The notes under the pieces were generated by a model. It was not told the DNA's origin, searched no databases, and saw only the letters and a list, made by a program, of their open reading frames with translations. This document shows, piece after piece, positions 1-10,000 of a stretch of DNA of 64,000 nt. The DNA comes from Octopus sinensis (lineage: Eukaryota): contig NC_043013.1 of the NCBI RefSeq assembly GCF_006345805.1, positions 59,086,001-59,150,000 on the forward strand, in the 5' to 3' direction. The stretch's first letter is position 1. Each line of letters opens with the position of its first letter. A program made the position numbers and the translations under genes.

Positions 1-297
1 AAGTACCAGCTGAACACTGGGGTTGATGTAATCTACTCACATCCACCCCCAAAATTGCTGGCCTTGTGTCAAAATTTAAAACCAATAATATTTTTGGAAT
101 GTAAGGTGGCAGGCTGGCAGAATTGTTAGCATGCCAGGCAAAATGTTTTGTGGAATTTTCCTGTCATTACATTCTGTGTTCAAATTCTGCTGAGGTTGAC
201 TTTGTGTTTCATCCTCTGTGTACCAGCTGAATGTAATTGACTTAGCCCCTCCCCTAAAACTGCTGGCCTTGTGCCAAAATTTGAAGCCTGTATTATT
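1..297 (+). mobile_element. Two fragments of a tRNA-derived SINE (family A)
   Basis: The 3' motif GTACCAGCTGA...AAAATTGCTGGCCTTGTG.CAAAATTT occurs twice. A-box-like TGGCAGAATTG and B-box-like GTTCAAATTC lie at ~113-190. The same family occurs at 5165-5595 and 36560-36790. Confidence 0.55.
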
Positions 298-779
298 TTT
301 TGAATGCATTAGCATTAAAAACAATTACAAAACAAAACCAAAATGACAACATATAAATTGTCTTTTCTCTGTAAAACCAAACTGCACTGGAGACATTCTT
401 GAGAAGAAAACACACTATTGTTAAGAATGTGTGGTGCAAGAGACTCTAAAATTCACCCTTCCTGACCGTCATCTATGACACTGATGATAATGTTCCACTG
501 ATGATAAAGATTCCCAAGGCCTCACATTTTGGTTAGTGTGGCATACTGTGTCACTAGAAGAAACTGAGATACAATGAAAGAATTCTCATATTTTGTTCAT
601 CACATTTTTTTAAAAATATAAACTCTATAGACACAAAGGGATTCATGAAGTAAATCCAGTGGCATATATACTGTCCAACTGTTGTTGACATCAGGTGGCT
701 GAATATTGTGAATGTGCTTTAAACAGTATACCAACAATATACTACAAGATGTCTACCCAAATATAAAAATATTACTTAT

Positions 780-1205
780 TTACTCTTTTATTCTTTTACG
801 TGTTTCAGTCATTTGACTGTGGCCATGCTGGAGTACTGCCTTTAGTTGGGCAAATCGACCCCAGGACCTACTGTTTGTAAGCCTAGTACTTATTCTATCG
901 GTCTCTTTTGCCAAACTGCTAAGTTACGGGGATGTAAACGCACCAGCATTGGTTGTCAAGCGATGTTATGGGGGACAAACACAGACACACAAACATATAC
1001 ACACTCACATACATACATATACATATACATATACATATATACAACGGGCTTCTTTCAGTTTCCATCTACCAAATCCACTCACAAGGCTTTGGTCGACCCG
1101 AGGCTATAGTAGAAGACACTTGCCCAAGGTGCCACGCAGTGGGACTGAACCCGGAACCATGTGGTTCGTAAGCAAACTACTTACCACACAGCCACTCCTA
1201 CGCAT
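780..1205 (-). mobile_element. tRNA-derived SINE (family B), near full length
   Basis: The minus strand starts GCGTAGGAGTGGCTGTGTGGTAAG...GGTTCAGTCCC (Pol III box-like), has an internal (TA/CA)n tract and ends in a (GAGTAAAA)n-type tail. Near-identical copies lie at 41790, 42665, 44866 and 61225. Confidence 0.8.
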
Positions 1206-1209
1206 ATTT

Positions 1210-1365
1210 CATCATCATCATCATCATCATCGTTTAACGTCCGCTTTCCATGCTAGCATGAGTTGAATGGTTCAACAGGGGTCTGGGGAGCCCAAAGACT
1301 GCAACAGGCCAGTCAGATCTGGCGGTGTTTCTACAGCTGGATGCCCTTCCTAACGCCAACCCTTC
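1210..1365 (-). mobile_element. RTE LINE 3' UTR fragment with (GAT)n tail
   Basis: GGTTGGCGTTAGGAAGGGCATCCAGC...CATGGAAAGCGGACGTTAAACGATGAT matches the 3' end of the RTE copy at 29030-29968. Confidence 0.7.
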
Positions 1366-1729
1366 CTGACGCCAATATATAAATATGTATAAAGGTAGAT
1401 ATGGCCAGTCTATGATGTTACTCTGGGTTTCATGTCCATACAGCACTTAGCTTTACAGTGTTTCTTCAGACACTAAAACCCATTGGCCTATGGCCTCTCT
1501 AGAAAATGGAGGAGGAAAAGACTTTGTTATTCTGTCAACAACAAGGGATTAACTCCCTTTGACTGCTATTTAATAGACCATGTTGGTGTCTGGATCCCAG
1601 GATGCCAGCATGAAATTCCTGAAGTGTAAGCAGTGGGTGAAATAAGGAGTTGTGGTGATTTGCTACACTTGAGAAGATGAGTTCAAGTTGTGTAAAATCA
1701 CTGTTGTCCATGTGTACAGGCTTGTCTTT

Positions 1730-1962
1730 TACAGGTGTGGGTGCCACATAAAATGCGTTTGTGCCTGTGCTGTGTAAATGTACCCTTGCTGGTGGCATGT
1801 AAAAGGCACTCAGTATTCTCTGTAAAGTGGTTGACGTCAGGAAGGGCATCCAGCCACACAAACCATGCCACAACAGACCATGAAATCTGGCCAGTTCCTG
1901 TCAAACCATCCAACCCATGCCAGTATGGAAAACGGACATTGAACGATGATGATGATGATGAT
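1730..1962 (+). mobile_element. RTE LINE 3' UTR fragment
   Basis: Contains GGAAGGGCATCCAGCC...CCAACCCATGCCAGTATGGAAAACGGACATT followed by (GAT)n. Confidence 0.65.
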
Positions 1963-2553
1963 ATATGTACGCATGCACACACACACACATGCACACACAC
2001 ACACATGCACACACACACACATGCACACACACACAGATAGATAGTTAAACCTGAAGGCTTTGGTCGACCCGAGGCTATAGTAGAAGACACTTACCAAGTC
2101 ACCACGCAGTGGGACTGAACCGGAACCATGTGGTTCGTAAGCAAGCTACTTACCACACAGCCACTCCTACGCCTATTTCATCATCATCATCATCATCATC
2201 GTGAATAGAGGACTAAATTTATTGAGTAACACAGGTATGAAAATTTACATTCAGGACTTTCTGTGCTAACAGTTCAATAATTGTTGCACTTCATCATCTT
2301 ATGTAAGTTCAGGATACACTTGCTGTATACTTACTGCCAGAGTGAGTACCATCAGTGAGAAAATGAAACAAACATTGCCAGTGAATGAGAAAAAACTGCC
2401 GCCATACATTAGACAGATTACCTTTATAGGTGGAACATTTGAAAATTGCTAACTGTAAATGCATGAAACCTAAGGTAGTCTTGAAAATCCCTAAATGAAG
2501 TAAGTATTTATCTCCCAATGCAGGATTGAATATTCATTTTCACCGTTTGGCAT

Positions 2554-2555
<2 letters not shown>

Positions 2556-2613
<58 letters not shown>

Positions 2614-2635
2614 CACCACACACACATACATGTAC
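2556..2635. repeat. (CA)n microsatellite
   Basis: Directly visible. Confidence 0.95.
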
Positions 2636-3059
2636 ATACATAAAATTATAAGAATAAAAATATCACAAATCTTATTCACAGTATGAGATGGTCTACATGC
2701 TAATTCGACAGAAATAGTGATTATGAAGGTCAATTTAATAGCAATACAATATTAAACACATTTTTACATCCCAAAGGATTCCACTGCATAACCCACTACG
2801 GGAAATGATTGTCAGTTATATATGATGTAATCATCAATTAAAGATGTGATTTTTGCCATTCTTGTTCATATTGCCAGTTAATCCAGATTTCTTGAAATTC
2901 TTCTAAGTGATATTTCAATCATACATGAAGAATTACCTTGGATGGTAATTCTATTTGAATTTATCGATATTTGATTGTTTGATACAGTTAACCAAATTCA
3001 ATTAACACTGAGTGCTTTATAGATATCTGCCTGGATTCATTAATACTTTTTACTGCTTG

Positions 3060-3094
<35 letters not shown>

Positions 3095-3247
3095 TATATT
3101 TAAGTAGGTGAATGAATTATCCTAGTATGGATAATTTGGTTAACCGATACCCGGGTAGCAAATTCACGTCAGAAAACATGGTTGAAGCTACATGCCAAGG
3201 GCAGAAATCATGTGTTCTCGAGTGGAAATTTGTGTCTTTTTTTTACC

Positions 3248-3559
3248 TATAAGTAAATGAGAGAATGGTGTCGGACGACGATTTAAACAAAATTCCTTTA
3301 TTCTCGACATATGTTTTGAAGACTGCATATTCTTAATTCCGAAGGAATAAAGGGTGCATTATGCCGCCTTCTCATCAGGAAAGACAAGGAACTTATGTTC
3401 GTCATGATGCTGACATAAGTTCCCTGTCTTTCCTTATGAGAAGGCGGCATAATGCACCCTTTATTCCTTCGGAATTAAGAATATGCAGTCTTCGAAACAT
3501 ATGTCGAGAATAAGGAATTTTGTTTAAATCGTCGTTCGACTCCATTCTCTCATTTACTT

Positions 3560-3562
<3 letters not shown>
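3248..3562. repeat. 315-bp near-perfect palindrome; inverted pair of PLE-type terminal repeats, each with a hammerhead-like motif
   Basis: Arms 3248-3398 and 3413-3562 are reverse complements with a 14-nt spacer. The arms contain CT(G/T)ATGA-GAAG...CTTC-(G/A)AAACATATGTC. Confidence 0.85.
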
Positions 3563-3619
<57 letters not shown>

Positions 3620-4119
3620 TATATAATATATATATATACATATATATATATACATTTATATATATATATACATATATATATACACACACACACACATATA
3701 TATACACACATATATATATACTTGCAGAAACACGTGTCATTAACTGGGTTCAAAAAGCTGTAAAAATTGTACAATGAATATTGAAATTTATTCACTTAGA
3801 TTGTATGGAACATGTATAAGAAATGACTGTTAACTTATGTATTACAACAAACAAAAATACAAACAGATTTTCTTAGATGAATAGCCTGGTGGGTCAAAGA
3901 TATAAATATAAAACAAATGAAAACAATATCATAATGCTATTAAAGTGCACACACAAATTCAATAGGAATATACACATATAATAAAAATCTATCTTTGAGA
4001 GTAGCATAACATCTTACACATAGAATAATGAGGAAGACAGTTGAAGATCAAATATTGTAAACTGTGAAAAATGAATATTTTTCTGCTTTTAGTTTTCCCT
4101 GAACTTTCATTTAGTTTTG

Positions 4120-4350
4120 ATGGGTCTGGGGAGGGTCATTCTATTTTGATGCTTTATTAACATTCACTGGTTCGATTTCCTCTCATTATTTTTTTTTGTT
4201 TTCTTCCAAAATTTTCGTTGTTTCTTGCAACATCTTCAATAGTTGTTGACTATGTCCATTATTGGAGCTGCATTTCTTTTTGTTTGTTTGTTTGTGTGCA
4301 TGTGTGTGCATCAATGTACATGCATATACACATAGGTATGTATGTATGTA
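4120..4350 (-). mobile_element. Copy of the PLE-like 'family Z' terminal repeat
   Basis: Aligns by eye to 53880-54100 and to the reverse complement of 57400-57605. It carries an HHR-like motif at 4206-4242. Confidence 0.55.
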
Positions 4351-4357
4351 TGTGTTT

Positions 4358-4690
4358 ATCATCATCATCATCATCATTTAACGTCCACTTTCCATGCTAG
4401 CATGGGTTGAACGATTTGACTGAGGACTGACAAACCAGATGGCTGCACCAGGCTCCAATTTGATCTGGCAGAGTTTCTACAGCTGGATGCCCTTCCTAAT
4501 GCCAACCACTCCGATAGTGTAGTGGGTGGTTTTATGTGCCACCAGCATGAGGGCCAGTCAGGCGGTACTGGCAATGGCCACAAATGTTTTTTTTTTATGT
4601 GTCACCTGCACACCGGCACAAGTGCCAGTAAGGTGGCGCTGGTTTTCACCTGCACACTGGCACAAGTGCCAATAAGCCAACATGCATTTG
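4358..4690 (-). mobile_element. RTE LINE 3' UTR fragment
   Basis: (CAT)n, TTTAACGTCCACTTTCCATGC and GGATGCCCTTCCTAATGCCAACC on the plus strand. Confidence 0.7.
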
Positions 4691-5029
4691 TATACACATA
4701 TGTATTCTGCATATCCATGTGTATGTGTGTGCATGTTTGTGTGTGTGTATGTATGTTATCTCCTTTAGACTGGGCATTTTTTTGAGTGAGGACTGCACTA
4801 TGTCCAACACTTTGAAAAAGGGCCTGTAGCTCCCTTAAGGGGCTGGGGCCACATAGAGACTTCGGACCACTTCCATTGCTTTCCTTGAAACATTTTACAC
4901 AAGAATTAACTTTTAGCTTTTATGTTGATACCGTAGCCTTTCTTCCTATAAATCGACAAACAGACAGACACACAGACATTCATCTTTTTAATAAAGATAC
5001 ATTCATATTTCAGCTATTACTAGCAATAC

Positions 5030-5130
5030 AACTACTACTACAACAACAACTACTACTACTAGTACTTCTACTACAACAACTACTGCTATTACTACTACTA
5101 CTACTACCACTACTATTACTACTACTACAG
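5030..5130. repeat. (CTA)n microsatellite
   Basis: Directly visible. Confidence 0.9.
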
Positions 5131-5164
5131 CTGTATCTGTTGGCTGAACTGTTGACAAACAAAT

Positions 5165-5595
5165 GATTTCAAATTTTTGCTACAAGGGCAGCTTGATGGA
5201 GGAGGTTAAGTTGATTACATCGACCTCAGTGCATAACTGGTACTTATTTAATTGACCCTGAAAGGATGAAAGGCAAAGTCGACCTTGTTGAAATTTGAAC
5301 TCAGAACATAGCAGCAGACAAAATACCACTAAACATTTTGCCCAACCTGCTAACGATTCTTATTTCTTTATTGCCCATAAGGGGCTAAACATATAGGGAA
5401 CAAACAAGGATAGACAAACAGATAAAGTCGATTATATCGACCCCAGAGCGTAACTGGTACTTGTTTAATTAACCCCGAAAGGATGAAAGGCAAAGTTGAC
5501 TTCAGCAGAATTTGAACTCAGAACGTAGCGACAGACGAAATACCGCTAAGCATTTCACCCGGCGTTATAAAGATTCTGCCAGTTTGCTGCCTTAC
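5165..5595 (-). mobile_element. Two tandem SINE family A copies
   Basis: The block ACTGGTACTT...TTGACCC.GAAAGGATGAAAGGCAAAGT.GAC...ATTTGAACTCAGAAC occurs twice (reverse B-box). Confidence 0.7.
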
Positions 5596-5642
5596 TTTGA
5601 ACAAAATAATACTGATACACAGGAAGGGTTGTAAAGGGAACA

Positions 5643-5825
5643 TTGTAGCAGTAGTAGTAGTAGTAGTGGTAGTAGTAGTTGTACTACAAGTAGTAGCAGT
5701 TATAGTAGTAGTAGTTGTAGCAGCTATAGTAGTGATAGTTATAGTAGCAGCAGCAGTAGTGGTAGCAGTTGTAGTAGTAGTAGTTGTAATAGCTATAGTA
5801 GTAGTAGTAGTAGTAGTAACTTGTA
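5643..5825. repeat. (TAG)n microsatellite
   Basis: Directly visible. Confidence 0.9.
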
Positions 5826-5949
5826 ATTGTTGACATTGTTGTTTAGCACCGAGCAAAGGCATTCTTGTTGTCATTGCCTGTCCCTCAGGCACAATGTATC
5901 CAGTACTAGTCTAAAGTTTAACAAATATAAATTCTGAGGGCAATTTTCT

Positions 5950-6110
5950 GGTGTGACTACGCGGTTAAGAAGCTTGCTTCCCAACCACATGATTTCAGGT
6001 TCAATCCTACTGTGTGGCACTTTGAGCAAGTGTCGTTTACTATAGCCCTGGGCTGTAGTGAGTGCATTTGGTAAACACAACTTGAAAGAAACCTGTCATA
6101 TATGTATGTG
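5950..6110 (+). mobile_element. Diverged SINE family B 5' half
   Basis: CCAACCACATGATTTCAGGTTCAATCCTACTGTGTGGCACTTTGAGCAAGTGT matches the family B head. Confidence 0.6.
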
Positions 6111-6137
6111 TGTGTGTGTTTGTCTGTCTGTTAGTCC

Positions 6138-6179
<42 letters not shown>

Positions 6180-6230
6180 ATGTATGTATGTATGTATGTA
6201 TGTATGTATATATGTATGTATGTATGTATG

Positions 6231-6451
6231 TATGAAGTGTGCTGAAAATTTCCTGGCTTTAAGGGTATCACGAAAGGCCTGGTGGGAGGCTCAACCTTCT
6301 GAGTTCTTTTACAGGGCTTAGGAAAACTGAAGCACCACTGCAATAAGTGTGTGGATCTGAGAGAGGAATATGTTGAATAAAATCATAATTAACTGATACT
6401 CCAGTATTTTTTTTTTACCCAAAGCCAGGAACATTTCAGCACCCCCTTGTA
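6231..6451. mobile_element. Mariner-derived MITE (internal deletion derivative)
   Basis: TA-flanked imperfect TIRs TATGAAGTGTGCTGAAAATTTCCTGGCTTT / AAAGCCAGGAACATTTCAGCACCCCCTTGTA. The interior encodes a mariner-like C-terminus (KCVDLREEYVE*). Confidence 0.7.
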
Positions 6452-6510
6452 TGTAATTCAGTTTTATTTCAAAATTTCTTGCTAATAGAGGAAGAGCCAA
6501 TTTCTAACCT

Positions 6511-7060
6511 TGAGCTCCTACCTCTGCTAGCAACAAAGGGTCTCTCTCTCAGAGTGAAAGGGAAATTGTATGATGCCCATGTGCGAACAGCTATGCTGCA
6601 TGACAGTGAAACATGGGCTACACCAGCTGAGGACATGCGTAGGCTTGAGAGAAATGAAGCCAGTATGCTTCGCTAGATGTGCAATGTCACTGTGCATGTG
6701 CAACAGAGGGTAAGCATCTTGAGAGGAAAGTTAGGCATTAGAGGAATCAGATGTGGTGTGCAAGAGAGACGACTGAGCTGGTATGGTCATGCGATGTGTA
6801 TGGATGAGAACAGCTGTGTAAAGTGCTGATCTCTAACTGTGGAGGGAACCTATGGTAGAGGTAGACCCAGGAAGATGTGGGACGAGATGGTGAAGCATGA
6901 CCTCTGAACTTTGAGCCTCACAGAGGCAATGACTAGTGACTGAGACTTTTGGCAATATGCTGTGCTTGAGAAGACCCGTCAAGCCAATTAGTCATGGCTG
7001 ATGATGGTGTCACATAACTGGCACCCACAACCAACACTGGTGGTGCATAAAGAATGTTGT
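6511..7060 (+). pseudogene. 5'-truncated RTE LINE, ORF2 C-terminus plus start of 3' UTR
   Basis: Translation ELLPLLATKGLSLRVKGKLYDAHVRTAMLHDSETW...RLERNEASMLR*MC...WYGH...GRGRPRKMW...EKTRQAN* (stop at 6989-6991) is typical of the RTE ORF2 end. It has internal stops. Confidence 0.85.
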
Positions 7061-10000
7061 TGAAGCACTGGGCCTCATGGAGGCAAAGTGACAAAGTTCC
7101 TTTAAGCGTTGGGCCTCAAGGAGGCAAAGTGGATGAGTTTCTTTTGAGTGTTGGACATCATGGAGACAAAGTGGCTGAGTTCCTTTAAGCATTGGGCCTC
7201 AAGGAGGCAAAGTGGCTGAGTTCCTTTAAGCATTGGGCCTCAAGGAGACAAAGTGGCTGAGTTCCTTAAGCATTGGCATTGGGCCTCAAGGAGGCAAGTG
7301 GCTGAGTTCCTTTAAGCATTGGGCCTCAAGGAGGCAAAGTGGCTGAGTTCCTTTAAGTATTGGACCTCAGGAGGCAAAGTGGCTGAGTTCCTTTAAGTAT
7401 TGGACCTCAGGAGGCAAAGTGGCTGAGTTCCTTTAAGTATTGGACCTCAAGGAGGCAAAGTGGCTGAGTTCCTTTAAGTATTGGACCTCAAGGAGGCAAA
7501 GTGGCTGAGTTCCTTTAAGCATTGGACCTCAAGGAGGCAAAGTGGCTGAGTTCCTTTAAGTATTGGACCTCAAGGAGGCAAAGTGGCTGAGTTCCTTTAA
7601 GTATTGGACCTCAAGGAGGCAAAGTGGCTGAGTTCCTTTAAGTATTGGACCTCAAGGAGGCAAAGTGGCTGAGTTCCTTAAGTATTGGGCCTCAAGGAGG
7701 CAAAGTGGCTGAGTTCCTTTAAGCATTGGGCCTCAAGGAGGCAAAGTGGCTGAGTTCCGTTAAGTATTGGACCTCAAGGAGGCAAAGTGGCTGAGTTCCT
7801 TTAGTATTGGACCTCAAGGGCAAAGTGGCTGAGTTCCTTTAAGCATTGGGCCTCAAGGAGGCAAAGTGGCTGAGTTCCTTTAAGCATTGGGCCTCAAGGA
7901 GGCAAAGTGGCTGAGTTCCTTTAAGTATTGGACCTCAAGGAGGCAAAGTGGCTGAGTTCCTTTAAGCATTGGGCCTCAAGGAGGCAAAGTGGCTGAGTTC
8001 CTTTAAGCATTGGGCCTCAAGGAGGCAAAGTGGCTGAGTTCCTTTAAGTATTGGACCTCAAGGAGGCAAAGTGGCTGAGTTCCTTTAAGTATTGGACCTC
8101 AAAGAGGCAAAGTGGCTGAGTTCCTTGAAGCATTGGGCCTCAAGGAGGCAAAGTGGCTGAGTTCCTTGAAGCATTGGGCCTCAAGGAGGCAAAGTGGCTG
8201 AGTTCCTTGAAGCATTGGGCCTCAAGGAGGCAAAGTGGCTGAGTTCCTTTAAGTATTGGACCTCAAGGAGGCAAAGTGGCTGAGTTCCTTTAAGCATTGG
8301 GCCTCAAGGAGGCAAAGTGGCTGAGTTCCTTTAAGCATTGGGCCTCAAGGAGGCAAAGTGGCTGAGTTCCTTTAAGCATTGGGCCTCAAGGAGGCAAAGT
8401 GGCTGAGTTCCTTTAAGTATTGGACCTCAAGGAGGCAAAGTGGCTGAGTTCCTTTAAGTATTGGACCTCAAAGAGGCAAAGTGGCTGAGTTCCTTGAAGC
8501 ATTGGGCCTCAAGGAGGCAAAGTGGCTGAGTTCCTTGAAGTATTGGACCTCAAGGAGGCAAAGTGGCTGAGTTCCTTTAAGTATTGGACCTCAAAGAGGC
8601 AAAGTGGCTGAGTTCCTTTAAGTATTGGACCTCAAGGAGGCAAAGTGGCTGAGTTCCTTTAAGTATTGGACCTCAAGGAGGCAAAGTGGCTGAGTTCCTT
8701 TAAGTATTGGACCTCAAGGAGGCAAAGTGGCTGAGTTCCTTGAAGCATTGGGCCTCAAGGAGGCAAAGTGGCTGAGTTCCTTTAAGCATTGGGCCTCAAG
8801 GAGGCAAAGTGGCTGAGTTCCTTGAAGCATTGGGCCTCAAGGAGGCAAAGTGGCTGAGTTCCTTGAAGCATTGGGCCTCAAGGAGGCAAAGTGGCTGAGT
8901 TCCTTTAAGTATTGGGCCTCAAGGAGGCAAAGTGGCTGAGTTCCTTTAAGCATTGGGCCCCAAGGAGGCATAGTGGATGAGTTTCTTTTGAGTGTTGGAC
9001 ATCATGGAGACAAAGTGGCTAAGTTTCTTTTGAGTGTTGGACCTCATGGAGACAAAGTGGCTGAGTTCCTTTAAGCATTGGGCCTCAAGGAGGCAAAGTG
9101 GCTGAGTTCCTTTAAGCATTGGGCCTCAAGGAGGCAAAGTGGCTGAGTTCCTTTAAGCATTGGGCCTCAAGGAGGCAAAGTGGCTGAGTTCCTTTAAGCA
9201 TTGGGCCCCAAGGAGGCAAAGTGGCTGAGTTCCTTTAAGCATTGGACCTCAAGGAGGCAAAGTGGCTGAGTTCCTTTAAGCATTGGGCCTCAAGGAGGCA
9301 AAGTGGCTGAGTTCCTTTAAGCATTGGGCCCCAAGGAGGCAAAGTGGCTGAGTTCCTTTAAGCATTGGACCTCAAGGAGGCAAAGTGGCTGAGTCCTTTA
9401 AGCATTGGGCCTCAAGGAGGCAAAGTGGCTGAGTTCCTTGAAGCATTGGGCCTCAAGGAGGCAAAGAAAGTGGCTGAGTTCCTTTGAGTATTGGACCTCA
9501 AGGAGGCAAAGTGGCTGAGTTCCTTTAAGTATTGGACCTCAAGGAGGCAAGTGGCTGAGTTCCTTGAAGTATTGGACCTCAAGGAGGCAAAGTGGCTGAG
9601 TTCCTTTAAGTATTGGACCTCAAGGAGGCAAAGTGGCTGAGTTCCTTTAAGTATTGGACCTCAAGGAGGCAAAGTGGCTGAGTTCCTTTAAGTATTGGAC
9701 CTCAAGGAGGCAAAGTGGCTGAGTTCCTTTAAGTATTGGACCTCAAGGAGGCAAAGTGGCTGAGTTCCTTGAAGCATTGGGCCTCAAGGAGGCAAAGTGG
9801 CTGAGTTCCTTTAAGCATTGGGCCTCAAAGAGGCAAAGTAGCTGAGTTCCTTTAAGTATTGGACCTCAAGGAGGCAAAGTGGCTGAGTTCCTTGAAGCAT
9901 TGGGCCTCAAGGAGGCAAAGTGGCTGAGTTCCTTGAAGCATTGGGCCTCAAGGAGGCAAAGTGGCTGAGTTCCTTTAAGTATTGGACCTCAAGGAGGCAA

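Noticed and set aside
481-515. Two CTGATGA motifs
   Set aside because: No downstream GAAA/helix III arrangement; this is just a short direct repeat.
2250-2480. Possible small exons (AG...GTAAGT patterns on both strands)
   Set aside because: Splice-like motifs are expected by chance in AT-rich DNA and the peptides are unrecognisable.
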